Assembly (NCBI GenBank): GCA_965198005.1
Contig: CBDAOI010000004.1
Span: 2,384,549-2,448,548 of the forward strand
From: Spirochaetia bacterium
GTDB lineage: Bacteria > Spirochaetota > Spirochaetia > SZUA-6 > Bin103
DNA length: 64,000 nt
Direction of reading: 5' to 3'
Within the stretch, counting starts at the first letter, position 1; each line of letters begins with the position of its first letter. A program made the position numbers and the translations under genes. The notes under the pieces are model-generated. The model ran no database searches, was not told where the DNA came from, and was given only the letters and a program-made list of their open reading frames with translations. This document shows positions 41,880 through 52,863 of this stretch, piece after piece.

Positions 41880-44800
41880 TGCACCGACACGGTCGGCGAA
41901 ACGGTGTCCTCCGGTTCGTCGTCGTTGATCGTGCCTGTCGCCGTCGCGTCGCCCAGCGTCGCGTTGGTCGGACTCGACAAGGTGAGCGTGAAGGTCTCGT
42001 TGTCCTCGTCTGCCGCGTCAGCCGTCGTCGCAACGCTCACCGTCTTCGATGTCTCGTTCGCCGCGAACGTCAGCATCCCCGACGCCGCCGTGAAGTCGGT
42101 CCCGCTCTCCGCTGTGCCGCCCGAAGTCGCATACTGGACCGTCACCTGCTGACTGCTCGCCGCCGACAGCGACACCGTGAACTCCACCAAGGCGCCCTCG
42201 GTCGCACGTGCGTCCGACACGCTCAGCGTCAGTGAATCCTGCACCACCGCCGTCGCCGCACTGGTCAGCGCTTCCTCGGTGCCGCCGTCGTCGATGAAGG
42301 TGGCCCGCACCTTGATGGTCTTGCCTTGGTCGGCGGCGACCAGTGTGTAGCTGACCTGCGTCGCATCCGCGATATCCGTGTCTGTGGTCCCGTCGGATCT
42401 CATCCACTGGTAAGTGAACGTCGCCCCGCCCAGGCCGTCCGCGTCCGCAATCTCCGTCACCGAAGCCGTCAGCGTCTCGCCGACGCGCGCGGTGCCGGAA
42501 ACGGTCGGCAGCCCGGTCGGTGGCGTGTTCACAGGGTCAGAGGTGTTGTTTGTCACCGCCGCGCCGGAGAACGCCGCCGCGTCGTTGCCAGCCGTGTCCT
42601 CGATGCGCGGCGCGTCGGGCGCCGCTGGAACCGTATAGCTCACCGTCACCACGTCGTCCGCCGCCACCGCCGAAGCGAGCGTCAGCGCCACCGTGCTCCC
42701 CGCGACCGATACTTCGGTGACTCCGCGGGCAACTCCTGCGACCGACACCGCGAACGCATCCGCCGCCGGCTCCGAGCTCTCGTCCAGCGCTTCGCTCCAG
42801 GTCAAGGTCAGCGTCTCGCCGGCCACGACCGCCGCCGACAGCTCCGGCCGGACCCGGTCGCCCGGCGTGGCGATCCTGGACGACCAGGCGCCGCCGCCCA
42901 CGCCGTTGATCGCTCTGACTCTCACCCGGTACGAGACGCCATTGGTCAATCCGGTAATGGTGTAGGTCAGGTTCGCGAGATCGGTCACCGTGGCCCCGGA
43001 CAAGGGTCCTGAGTATTCGATCCGCCAGTACACACTGTATGCGGTGATCGCAGAGCCGCCGTCGCTGAGAGGGGCATCCCAAGACACCTGCAGCACCCCT
43101 TCCCGGCCAACGACCGGGGCGACCACGAGATTCCGGGGCTCCTGGGGCGGCTGTGCGATGTCCGCTACGGCCTGACCGCTGAACGCCGCCGCCGTATTGC
43201 CGTACAAGTCACGGACCGGGCTCGCATCCGGTCCCGTGGGAACCTCGTAGGCCAGCGTGATGCCCGTCTCGCCATGCTCGATCCGAGGCGTGATGTTCAA
43301 CTCCAGTCGCGAATCTCCGATTTTCCACACCTCGGCTACCGACCGGGACACCGCGCCCCCGGCAATCGTGAAGGCACCCGCCTCAGGCACCGAACCAAAG
43401 TGCAGCGACTCGCTCCAGTTCAGGTGCAGATTGCCAGCGCTACTCACCGTCACACCGTTGGTGGCGGTCAGAGCCGGCCTGACGCCGTCCACAAGGATAC
43501 GGTGCGTCGTGCCCTGCTCCGGAAGCGTGAGCACCGCGTCATTGCCGGAGCCGTCCCTGATCGTTCCGCCGTTGGCGACGATGTCTCCCGGCTCGACGCG
43601 CACCCCGTCCGTGTCTTCGTCGTTCTCCTCCACCGTGTAGCGGAACGTCAGCACCGCCGTGCCCGTACCGCTGTGATAGACGGCCTGCTTCACAACGTCC
43701 CCGACGTTGAGACCAAGCGACGGGCTGCCGTTGGTCGCATCGACCGTCACGCTCTCGTTGAACGTGACCGCCACGTCGAACGACTCGCCGATGACGTAGG
43801 TCGAGCTGTGTCCGGAGGCCCGGAGCAGGTCGACCCTGGTCGCCCGCGGCGCCATCGTATCGTCGGTGAGGACCGTGACCGCGTGGTCGTAGAAATTGCC
43901 GGCGAGATTCCCCACCGCGTCGCGGATGGCGTCCGAAAAACGGTAATACGGTACGGTGTAGCGAACGTAGACTTCGTCACCGGGCGAGACCGGCACGTTC
44001 AGCGCCAGCGTTACCACGGCGCCGTCCACCCAGATGCCAGTGACGGTTCGCCCAGTCACCGAAAACCCGTATCCGGGGGTGGGCACCGAGTCCTCGGCCA
44101 ATGGCTCGTCAAAGGTGAGCGTCAGCGTGGTTCCGTTCGCCACCGCGCCGCCGGCTATGGGGGCGGGTCTGACGCCGTCTACCTTGTGCCCGGGTTGCGC
44201 CGCCAGTCCCGAGTGCGTCAGCACCGCGTTCTTGTTCGCGCCGTCCTTGATCGTTCCCCCGTACAGTTGGGGCGACCAGCGGCGGGCGGGGACGGACACG
44301 CCGTCGGGCTTGTGGTCGCCTTCGCTCGCGGTGTAGCGGAACGTCAACGTCGCCGTGCCCGAACCCCCGTGGTACCCGGCAGGACTGTAGGGGCTCTGGA
44401 ACGTAATCGCCCCCAAGAAACTGTCCGCGTCGGCGGGCGGCTTGCCTGCGTCCAGAGGAAGTACGGGAGCTCCGGTAACCGTCACGCGTTCGCTGAAGGT
44501 CAGCGTCACTTCGATGACCTCCGGCTCGCCCCAGGTGCCAAGCATGGCGGTGTAGGTCCGGTCCGGCCCGGGATCCGAGGTGATCGCGATCGAGATCACC
44601 TCGGCGATCGTGTCGTTCCGCACCGTCCGGCCGAACAGTGGGGCCGCGTTGTTGCCTGTCACGTCCCGGATCGGTTTCGCCCCCGGCCCCTCCGGCACGA
44701 CGTAGTGCACCGTGACCTCGTCACTCGAGATCACCGCCGAGGCCAGCGTCAACGTCACCGCGTTGCCGGATACCACGACCTGGGCGACCTCGCGAGAAGC

Positions 44801-47800
44801 GACGCCCGCCTGCACCGCGAACGCGCTCGCCCCCGGTTGGGAGGCTTCGTCCAGCGCCTCATCGTAGGTGAGCACGAGCGTGGCTCCGGTCACCGTCGCC
44901 ATCGACAACTCGGGCGCAATCGTTTCCGCCGCGACCGGTGTCCCCGCCGCCTCAGCCGCGGCACCGTCGCCGTTCTGGTTGTAGGCGACCATCCGAACCG
45001 CGTATTCGATGCCGTTGGTCAGTCCGTCGATCGTGTGCAGCCAAGCTTCGGGTCCGATTGTCGCCGCGCGCCCCGACGAGTCGTAGTCCTGGGAGCCGGA
45101 CTTCCACTGGACCTGGTAACCTTCGATCGGCGAACCGCCGTCATGCGCAGGCGGATCCCAGACCACGTTCAGTTTCCCGCTGCCGACGGCGGTGGCGGTC
45201 AGGCCGCCGGGCGCCGCCGGCACGCATCCGCCGTCTCGCCACGGGTTCCTGGTAACCGCGCCGCTCCAGAGGGCTGCGGATGGCAGGTTTTCGCAGTAGC
45301 CGCCGAATGCATTGCGGAGCTGGTAGGTGACCGCGTGTCGCGCAAATGACTCAGGCCCGACATCGGCCCAGAATGCCTCCAGATCCGGATCGCCGTCAGC
45401 ATCGTGGTAGGTAGCGGCGAACCACTGCGGCATCTGGCCGCCGAGCGCGCTCCGCGCTACGCTCAGGGCTTCCTGCGTCTGACCGGCGGCGCCGCAGCCA
45501 TGCCCATCCCAATACGACGTACGGACGTCGCCCAGTACGAGTTTCGTCAAGATGTCGGCGTAAATTTCCCTCCCCGAGCAAACGAGCCGATTACCGCTTC
45601 GCAAACCGATCTGTTCGAAATACACATGGGCTACGCCTAGAGGAATCGGGTCTGACGACAGTTCGTTCGACGCTGTATAGATATGAGCCATCTCATGTAC
45701 CAGCGTAAGCGGTGAATCAATTTCTGCGTCGCGTATGCCCATGTCGGTGGATCTGCACCGACGAAGCGGTGAATAGGGGACGTCGCGGCACGGGGAGAGC
45801 ACGTAACCGTTGGCGTCATCGGGGACGTTATGCACGCCGGGTCCTTCAAGGGAATCGAAAACTCGCAATCGAAATCCGGGCCCGTTCATATGGCGCCAAG
45901 CCGCACGCAGCCACGGGTGGGCGGCTCCATGCACCGCTACGATATCGTTCTCGATGAAATGGCGAAGCTGGGACACCAGCGAGAGCGGTGTGCCGGTCGT
46001 CTCCCCCGACGCGGTGCCGTCGCCGGCATCGTTCACCGCGATGACCCGTACCGTGTATGCCACGCCGTTGGTCAGCCCGGTGATCGTGTACCTCAGGTTG
46101 GCCGGATCGGTCACGGTCGCCTGCCGGGTCGACGAGTCCGTCGCGTCGTAGTCCTCGGAGCCGGACTTCCATTGCACCGTGTAGTCGGTCACGGCCGCGC
46201 CGCCGGCAGGCGCAGCCCAGGACACCTGCAGCGCCCCTTCCGCCCTATTGGGGACAGCGAGCGTCAGGTTGCGGGGCGCATCGGGTACCGCGGCCTCCAC
46301 CTCCGCCGTGGCCGCGCTGGTGAGCGTCTCTTCCGTGCCGCCGTCGTCGGTGAAGGTCACCTGCACCTTGATGGTCTTGCCTGCGTCGGCGACGGCGAGC
46401 GTGTAGACGGCCTGCGTCGCGCCCGCGATATCCGTGTCCCCGGCTCCGTCGTTCGAGATCCACTGCCAGGCGAAGGTCGCGCCGCTCAGGCCGTCCACGT
46501 CCGCGATCCCGGACGCGGACGTGGTCAGCGTCTCGCCCACCCGCGCCGGGCCGGAGATCATCGGCAGCCCGGTTGGCGGCGTGTTGACCGGCGCCGGGGT
46601 GTTGTTCGTCACCGACTCGCTCAAGAACGACAAAGCCTCGTTGCCCGCCGCATCCTTGATGCGGTCGTCCGGCGACGGGGCCACGTAGAGCACCGTGACC
46701 GGGTCGCCCGCCGCCACCGCGGAGGCCAGCGTCAGCGACACCGTGCTGCCGGATACGGAGACTGCCGTGATCCCTCGCGCGGCGCCCCGGACCGACACGT
46801 CGAAGGAGTACCACCACGGCGTCGAGCCTTCGTCCAGCGCTTCGTTCCAGGTCAACGTCAGCGTGTCGCCGTCCACCGCCGCCGCCGCAAGCTGCGGGCG
46901 AACCCGGTCGCGCGGCGTGCCGGTGACAGCGGCCGTCGCGGCGCCGTCGCCCACGCCATTGGTCGCAATTACCCGCACCGTGTACGCCACGCCGTTGGTC
47001 AGCCCGGTGATCGTATGCGTCAGACCGGCGAGGTCGGTCACCACGGCCTGCCGGGTGGACGCCGCCGTCCCGTCGTAGTCCTCGGAGCCGGACCGCCACT
47101 GCACCTTGTAGCCGGCGACCGCCGAGCCGCCGTCGCTGTCTGGCGCCTGCCAGGACACCTCCAGCAGGCCTTCCTTGCCGTCGGGGGCGGCGATGCTCAG
47201 GTTGCGAGGCGCATCGGGGACCGTGGCCTCCACCGCAGCGGTCGCCACGCTGGTGAGCGTCTCCTCGGTGCCGCGGTCGTCGGTGAAGCTCACACGCACC
47301 TTGATCGTGTTGCCTGCGTCGGAAGCGGCGAGCGTGTAGACGGCCTGGGTTGCGCCCGGGATAGCCGTGTCCGCGGTCCCGTCGTGCGAGAGCCACTGGT
47401 AGCGGAAGGCCGCGCCGCTCAGGCCGTCCGCGTCCGCGATTCCCGACACCGACGCCCTCAGCGCCTCGCCCACGCGCGGGGTCCCCGCTATCGCCGGCAG
47501 GCCGGTCGGGGACGTGTTGACGGGCTCGGGAGCCTGCGACGTTCGCGTCAGGCGCACCGCGACCGTCTGCCCATTCCTCCAGGACAAACGGATGGGCCGC
47601 CAGCGAATGATGGTTTCCCCGGAACTCCCTTGCGGAAACGCCAGCGCGACGTCGCCCAGATGCAGCGTCAGCTCGCCCGCAGCCGTCGCCGCCTCGGACA
47701 ATATCAAATCGAGGCGCCGTACGCCGACGCTGTACCAGATCCACTCCACATCGAGTTCGTCGACGGTGACGTTCGTGAAGCTGTCCGCAGTGATGGCCCC

Positions 47801-50800
47801 GAAGGCACCCCCGTAATCCGTCACCGTCACGTCCCCCGACCACAGGACCTCCGTCGTCCCCGCGGGCGCCTCCGCCGGCGGCGGCACGACCGACACGCGC
47901 ACGCTGTCCTCGGCAAACAGCCCGCCGGCGTCCGTGACCCGTAACGTGAAAACGAGCACCGCTTCCGCGGCAATGTCCGACGGTATCGTGAAGGTCGGAC
48001 GCTTCGCGGCCGCGTCGGAAAGCACCACCGCGTAGCCGCTCGAATCTGTCTGCGTCCACCGCCAGGTGAGCGTGTCGTCCCTGTCCGGATCGCTGCTGCC
48101 GCTCCCGTCCAGCGTCACGCTGGCGCCCGGGCTCACCCCGGCGATGTCCGCACCCGCATCAGCCACCGGTGCCTCGTTCACGTTGCGGAGCGAAATCACC
48201 AGATCCGCACGTGCGCTGGCAGTCCTGGTACCGAACTGCGCCGTGACCTCGTACTCGCCGTCCCCATCCGCGTCGTCCGGCGACTCGTAGTCCTTCGCCG
48301 TGCGGAACGAGAGAACGCCGTCCGGCTCCAGCGTGAACGCATCCGCGTCTTCACCGCCGTCAGGTCCCTGCGGAATCGACCAGACCGAATCGGAACGGCG
48401 CTGCCCGATTTGCTGCATGGTGAGCGTGGTCACCATCGTCTCGCCTTCGTCGACCGTGAACCCCCCGCCGCCAAGCGTGATCTCCGGCACCAGCGGCTGC
48501 GTCTCGGCGACCGCGACCGTCGCGGCACTGACCAGCGTCTCCTCCGTGCCGCCGTCGTCGGTGAAGGTCGCCCGCACCTTGATGGTGTTGCCGAGATCGG
48601 CCGCCGTCAGCGTGTACGTCGCTGCCGTCGCGCCCGTGATGTCCGCGTCCGCGGCCCCGTCGTTCGCGATCCACTGCCACGCGAATTCCACGTTCTCCAG
48701 CCCGTCCGCATCGACGATTGCGTCGGCCGAGGCGGTCAGCGTCGCGCCCACCTGCGCCGTCCCCGAAATCGCCGGCAGGCCGGTGGGCGGCGTGTTGGAC
48801 GATTCGCTCGCGGCGATCGCAATCACCGCCCTGTTGTTGCCCGCGTAGTTCCCCAACGTGTCCAGAAGCGGAGGATAGGTCTTGTACGGTACGGTGTAAC
48901 TCACTACGAGCTGATCACCGGATTGAATAGCCGAGGACAGTTCCAGCGTCACCACGGCGCCGCTTATCGAGACCGCGGTGATCTCGTCACGGGGAGGACC
49001 GGGAGTATGCCAGCCATCCACAAGGTCCCATAATTGGAAGCCACGATTGTCACCCCACCCCGGCACCGAATTCTCGTCGAGCACCTTGTCCCAGGTCAGC
49101 GTGAGCACGTTCCCGTTTGCCACCGCTTTAATGCTGACCAGGGCTGGGCGCACGCCGTCCACCCTGTGGCCGGGCTGCGCGGCCAAGCTCACACGCGCCG
49201 GCGCCGCGTCATTGCTAGCGAGGTACTGGATCGTCCCCCCGCCGCCGATACGGCCGGCCGGGACGCTCACGCCATCGGCGTCCGTATCGCCATCGGCCAC
49301 CACGTAGCGAAACGTCAACGTCGTCGTGCCCGAGCCACCGGCGTACGCGGCTTGCTTCGTGACGGTTCCAACCTGCAGCGCCAACTCGGGCACGCCCGTC
49401 ACCGTCACCCTCTCGCTGAACGTCACCGTCAGCTCAATGAAATCCTGACTGCTGTGCCCATAATGAAAAATGTACGTCACGTCCGCGCCGGGGTCCGAGA
49501 CGATCGTCACCGCGGTCGTATCGTTGCGCACCGCGTGACCCGAGAGGCCCGCCGCGGCGTTCATCGCCGTGTCGCGGAGCGGAGAGGCGTTCGCCCCCGC
49601 CGGCACGGCATAGCTCAGCGTCACGGCCTCTCCGACGGCCACCGCCGACGTCAACGTCAGCGTCACCCGGTCGCCGGTCACCGAGACCCGGCCGATCCCG
49701 CGTGCGGTACCGCCCGCGCTCACCTCGAACGCGCCCGGCACCGGTACCGACGTCTCGTCCAGCGTTTCGTTCCATGTCAGCACCAGCGACGCACCGTCCG
49801 CCGTCGCCGCCGACAGTTGCGGTGCAGTCCCATCCTGCGCCACTGCCGTTGCCGTCGCTTCGACCGAGTCGGCGCCGCCACCGTTGTGGTTGTACGCCAC
49901 AACCCGCACCGAGTGGTCGACGCCGCTGGTCAGGCTCTCGATCGTATGGGAAAGGCGTTCAAGGTCGGTGACCTCCGCCTGCCGCGACGAGTCGTATGCC
50001 TCGGTGCCGGATTTCCACTGCACCTTGTACCCCTCGATCGGCGACCCGCCGTCATCGGCCGGTGGATCCCAGGATACGGTCAGCTTCCCGCCACCGACGG
50101 CGGTGGCCGCCACGTCGCGGGGCGCCGCGGGCACGCATCCTCCGTCCCGCCACGGGTTCCTGGTCACCCCGTTCTCGAAGGCAGACTCCGTTGCTTTCCG
50201 CCGGTCGCAGTACCCCCCGAACTCGTTGCGTAGCTGGAACACAGTCGCCGCACGGCTCTTGCTGGCTGAGATTCCCTTGACATCAGCCCACAGCCGTTCC
50301 AGATCGGGTTCACCGTTCGCGCCATGGTAGGTGGCCGCGAACCAGGACGGCATCCGCCCTTCCGCCGCGCCTCTCACCACGTTCAGAGCTTCCTGCTCAA
50401 AACCATGGGCGCTCTTGCACCCGGACCAGTACGTTGTGGCATGCCTTTGATCAGTGGTGAGTAAGTCGAGCAGGTCCGCGTAAAGTTCCACGGGATCACA
50501 GATTGACCCTGCTGACCCCATCAAGGCAAATTGGGAGTGATGATATACATGACCGATCGCTACAGGACCCGGATTGGTCGCGACACCGTTGCTTAACGTA
50601 TACACGTGGGCCAATTCGTGGGCGATTGTGGAAGCCAAGCTTGGCGACCCTATGCCTATGGTAATGCTCGTTGTATGACATTTTCTGAGATTGTCGTCCA
50701 GAGAAGAACAACTGACAAACACGCCGGCGCCGCCATGTTCATGGAAACTCCAGTCAACCGCTCGACCGCTGAGGTAGTTCCATGTGCTGCGCAACCATGG

Positions 50801-51550
50801 AAAGGAGTTTTCGAATCGACTGATGACCTCGTCGTGGATAAAGGGAAGCGCCTGATCAGGTATTGATTGCGGCGTACCGGTCGCCTCAGGCGACGGACTG
50901 CTGGTATCGCCATTATCGTTGACCGCAACGACCCGTACCGTGTATTCAATGCCAGCCGTCAAGCCTGTGATCGCGCTTTTGTATCTATTTTGACCCGAGC
51001 CATACAGAAACGACCTAGCGGTTGTGCCGTAGAACGGACTCAGCCGCAACTCTCGGGACGAATCGTACGCTTGGTTACCGGATTTCCATTGCACTTTGAA
51101 AACATCGAAAGTGTAAGGAGAGAGCGGGGCGGTAGGATAAGACCACAGCACTTCCAATCGCTGGCTGTCGACAATGTTGTAGACCACTACCGACGACGGT
51201 GCAGGTGGCTGACTTTCCGCCGCTGCGGGCGCGGCAATCGCGCAGAACAGCGCGAGGCACGCAAGAGCAGCGGCAGGCGATCCCGAACGTGCACGGGCGC
51301 GAGCCCATCCGCCACCCCCGCACCCGCGGGTTGCAGCAAGGGAGCGGCCACCGTCGATGCGCCGCCTCATCGGGAAACGCTGGCGTTGGCGGGCGCCGGG
51401 CATCCCGCTGGCGGCTGCGGGTCCGTCCGGACGCGGCCATGCAGACACCGCCGGCGCGCCAGCGGCGGGGAGTTTGTAGTCACTTGGGGGGAGAGAGGGG
51501 CGCCCGTGAAGGGCGAAGATGTTCCAGGCGGCGAGCCTCGCCGTAGACAC
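41753..51550 (-). CDS. Giant surface protein, segment 1: signal peptide, Fn3, two HExxH peptidase modules, SwmB-like, cadherin, PKD, Calx-beta; start codon uncertain (51550/51403/51370)
   Basis: 3265-aa ORF; ACLALFCAIAAPAAA signal; repeated WKSG..YD/GLTNG..Y.VRV Fn3; HELAH and HEMAH. Confidence 0.88.
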   Translation of the reverse strand: MSTARLAAWNIFALHGRPSLPPSDYKLPAAGAPAVSAWPRPDGPAAASGMPGARQRQRFPMRRRIDGGRSLAATRGCGGGGWARARARSGSPAAALACLALFCAIAAPAAAESQPPAPSSVVVYNIVDSQRLEVLWSYPTAPLSPYTFDVFKVQWKSGNQAYDSSRELRLSPFYGTTARSFLYGSGQNRYKSAITGLTAGIEYTVRVVAVNDNGDTSSPSPEATGTPQSIPDQALPFIHDEVISRFENSFPWLRSTWNYLSGRAVDWSFHEHGGAGVFVSCSSLDDNLRKCHTTSITIGIGSPSLASTIAHELAHVYTLSNGVATNPGPVAIGHVYHHSQFALMGSAGSICDPVELYADLLDLLTTDQRHATTYWSGCKSAHGFEQEALNVVRGAAEGRMPSWFAATYHGANGEPDLERLWADVKGISASKSRAATVFQLRNEFGGYCDRRKATESAFENGVTRNPWRDGGCVPAAPRDVAATAVGGGKLTVSWDPPADDGGSPIEGYKVQWKSGTEAYDSSRQAEVTDLERLSHTIESLTSGVDHSVRVVAYNHNGGGADSVEATATAVAQDGTAPQLSAATADGASLVLTWNETLDETSVPVPGAFEVSAGGTARGIGRVSVTGDRVTLTLTSAVAVGEAVTLSYAVPAGANASPLRDTAMNAAAGLSGHAVRNDTTAVTIVSDPGADVTYIFHYGHSSQDFIELTVTFSERVTVTGVPELALQVGTVTKQAAYAGGSGTTTLTFRYVVADGDTDADGVSVPAGRIGGGGTIQYLASNDAAPARVSLAAQPGHRVDGVRPALVSIKAVANGNVLTLTWDKVLDENSVPGWGDNRGFQLWDLVDGWHTPGPPRDEITAVSISGAVVTLELSSAIQSGDQLVVSYTVPYKTYPPLLDTLGNYAGNNRAVIAIAASESSNTPPTGLPAISGTAQVGATLTASADAIVDADGLENVEFAWQWIANDGAADADITGATAATYTLTAADLGNTIKVRATFTDDGGTEETLVSAATVAVAETQPLVPEITLGGGGFTVDEGETMVTTLTMQQIGQRRSDSVWSIPQGPDGGEDADAFTLEPDGVLSFRTAKDYESPDDADGDGEYEVTAQFGTRTASARADLVISLRNVNEAPVADAGADIAGVSPGASVTLDGSGSSDPDRDDTLTWRWTQTDSSGYAVVLSDAAAKRPTFTIPSDIAAEAVLVFTLRVTDAGGLFAEDSVRVSVVPPPAEAPAGTTEVLWSGDVTVTDYGGAFGAITADSFTNVTVDELDVEWIWYSVGVRRLDLILSEAATAAGELTLHLGDVALAFPQGSSGETIIRWRPIRLSWRNGQTVAVRLTRTSQAPEPVNTSPTGLPAIAGTPRVGEALRASVSGIADADGLSGAAFRYQWLSHDGTADTAIPGATQAVYTLAASDAGNTIKVRVSFTDDRGTEETLTSVATAAVEATVPDAPRNLSIAAPDGKEGLLEVSWQAPDSDGGSAVAGYKVQWRSGSEDYDGTAASTRQAVVTDLAGLTHTITGLTNGVAYTVRVIATNGVGDGAATAAVTGTPRDRVRPQLAAAAVDGDTLTLTWNEALDEGSTPWWYSFDVSVRGAARGITAVSVSGSTVSLTLASAVAAGDPVTVLYVAPSPDDRIKDAAGNEALSFLSESVTNNTPAPVNTPPTGLPMISGPARVGETLTTSASGIADVDGLSGATFAWQWISNDGAGDTDIAGATQAVYTLAVADAGKTIKVQVTFTDDGGTEETLTSAATAEVEAAVPDAPRNLTLAVPNRAEGALQVSWAAPAGGAAVTDYTVQWKSGSEDYDATDSSTRQATVTDPANLRYTITGLTNGVAYTVRVIAVNDAGDGTASGETTGTPLSLVSQLRHFIENDIVAVHGAAHPWLRAAWRHMNGPGFRLRVFDSLEGPGVHNVPDDANGYVLSPCRDVPYSPLRRCRSTDMGIRDAEIDSPLTLVHEMAHIYTASNELSSDPIPLGVAHVYFEQIGLRSGNRLVCSGREIYADILTKLVLGDVRTSYWDGHGCGAAGQTQEALSVARSALGGQMPQWFAATYHDADGDPDLEAFWADVGPESFARHAVTYQLRNAFGGYCENLPSAALWSGAVTRNPWRDGGCVPAAPGGLTATAVGSGKLNVVWDPPAHDGGSPIEGYQVQWKSGSQDYDSSGRAATIGPEAWLHTIDGLTNGIEYAVRMVAYNQNGDGAAAEAAGTPVAAETIAPELSMATVTGATLVLTYDEALDEASQPGASAFAVQAGVASREVAQVVVSGNAVTLTLASAVISSDEVTVHYVVPEGPGAKPIRDVTGNNAAPLFGRTVRNDTIAEVISIAITSDPGPDRTYTAMLGTWGEPEVIEVTLTFSERVTVTGAPVLPLDAGKPPADADSFLGAITFQSPYSPAGYHGGSGTATLTFRYTASEGDHKPDGVSVPARRWSPQLYGGTIKDGANKNAVLTHSGLAAQPGHKVDGVRPAPIAGGAVANGTTLTLTFDEPLAEDSVPTPGYGFSVTGRTVTGIWVDGAVVTLALNVPVSPGDEVYVRYTVPYYRFSDAIRDAVGNLAGNFYDHAVTVLTDDTMAPRATRVDLLRASGHSSTYVIGESFDVAVTFNESVTVDATNGSPSLGLNVGDVVKQAVYHSGTGTAVLTFRYTVEENDEDTDGVRVEPGDIVANGGTIRDGSGNDAVLTLPEQGTTHRILVDGVRPALTATNGVTVSSAGNLHLNWSESLHFGSVPEAGAFTIAGGAVSRSVAEVWKIGDSRLELNITPRIEHGETGITLAYEVPTGPDASPVRDLYGNTAAAFSGQAVADIAQPPQEPRNLVVAPVVGREGVLQVSWDAPLSDGGSAITAYSVYWRIEYSGPLSGATVTDLANLTYTITGLTNGVSYRVRVRAINGVGGGAWSSRIATPGDRVRPELSAAVVAGETLTLTWSEALDESSEPAADAFAVSVAGVARGVTEVSVAGSTVALTLASAVAADDVVTVSYTVPAAPDAPRIEDTAGNDAAAFSGAAVTNNTSDPVNTPPTGLPTVSGTARVGETLTASVTEIADADGLGGATFTYQWMRSDGTTDTDIADATQVSYTLVAADQGKTIKVRATFIDDGGTEEALTSAATAVVQDSLTLSVSDARATEGALVEFTVSLSAASSQQVTVQYATSGGTAESGTDFTAASGMLTFAANETSKTVSVATTADAADEDNETFTLTLSSPTNATLGDATATGTINDDEPEDTVSPTVSVQCVDLEANPSVHRWEVTTRCRGSYILASGSRMPMTPALARLR

Positions 51551-52039
51551 AACTCGGCGGCGCGGCGCTCTTAATCAGACAGACAGCTTCCAACCATTTC
51601 GCGCAAAACAACCCCATCGTCGAACCTCCCCTCGCACCCGCGCGTGATGGCCTGTCCACAAGCCGTTGCACCGCGGCCGCTTGGGCGAAATATGGACAGG
51701 ACAGTACACGCAGGTCAAGGACGTGTGCGGCTAACTCCAATCCACTAAAAGAATTATGGCAACGCCATAATTGAGTTATGCCAACGCCGGCCCGGCCGGG
51801 CCTGCGGCGCGGTCAGACCCTGACGAGGCCGTCGAAGCGGCGGGGCTTCGGCGGCGCCCCGTCCTCCGGCCGCGCCGGACGCACCGGGTGTGCCGTGCAT
51901 CCAGTCGAGGGGCGCGGATCAAGGTGGAGATGAGCCGGCGCAGCCGGAACTTGGCAGCGCTGGTGCTGGTGACCAGACCCACCTGGAGGCTGCTTGACGC
52001 TACCACACTGCGGGAATGCACCCGAGAGGCGCTATGCCG

Positions 52040-52069
52040 TTGACTGTTTCAGTACGAGCCGTCTATAAT
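52040..52069 (+). promoter_or_regulatory. Sigma70-type promoter of sodC
   Basis: TTGACT-18-TATAAT. Confidence 0.65.
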
Positions 52070-52090
52070 CGTCCCGGGAGTGACTATCGG

Positions 52091-52618
52091 ATGGAACACG
52101 GCAAGAGGATCCTGGCGGCGGCACTCATGGCGGCTGCGGCGGTCGCGGCGCCCGTCGTTGCAATGGCGGACATGGCCGCCGCGGAGATGATCGACACCGG
52201 TGGCGCGGTGATCGGCAAGGCCACGTTCGAGCAGACGCCCCACGGCGTACTGATGTACGTCGAGGTGGCGGGACTGCCGCCTGGACCGCATGGCATTCAC
52301 CTGCACGCCGCCGGCTCCTGTACGCCGGATTTCAAGGCGGCAACCGGACACATCAACCCGGACGCGGTGCCGCACGGCCTGCGGAATCCGGAGGGCCCGG
52401 ACCACGGCGACCTGCCCAACCTGTACGCCGCCGCGGACGGCTCCGCGCAGGCGGAGTTCTTCACCACCCTGGTGTCGGTTGCCGGCGGCGACATGCCGGC
52501 ACTGTTGGACGAGGACGGCTCGGCGGTGATCATCCACGAGAATCCCGACGACCACCTCACCCAACCGATCGGCGGCGCCGGTGGCCGCATCGCCTGCGGC
52601 ATCATCATGAGAATGTGA
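52091..52618 (+). CDS. sodC: Cu/Zn superoxide dismutase, exported
   Basis: HGIHLH, GHINP, HGDLPN, IIHENPDD, GGAGGRIACG; signal peptide. Confidence 0.93.
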   Translation: MEHGKRILAAALMAAAAVAAPVVAMADMAAAEMIDTGGAVIGKATFEQTPHGVLMYVEVAGLPPGPHGIHLHAAGSCTPDFKAATGHINPDAVPHGLRNPEGPDHGDLPNLYAAADGSAQAEFFTTLVSVAGGDMPALLDEDGSAVIIHENPDDHLTQPIGGAGGRIACGIIMRM

Positions 52619-52863
52619 TGCCGGCGCGGCCGGTCGCGATCCATACGAATGGTCGTATTTCACCGTTGCCGTGCGTCAGCCGGCCCAGTGCACGTCCCGG
52701 TTGCCTGAGCCAAGTGCGCAGCCAATCGGTTTCCTGATCACTTCACCGACGTTGGAGGTGGCTGCTGGATGTCAGCCTTGGCGGGAGGATCCGGCAGAGT
52801 GGGCGATTTGGTAGCTGCCTCCCGTACCTTGCGGCCGCGGCGAACCATCGCGCCGGAAATCAG

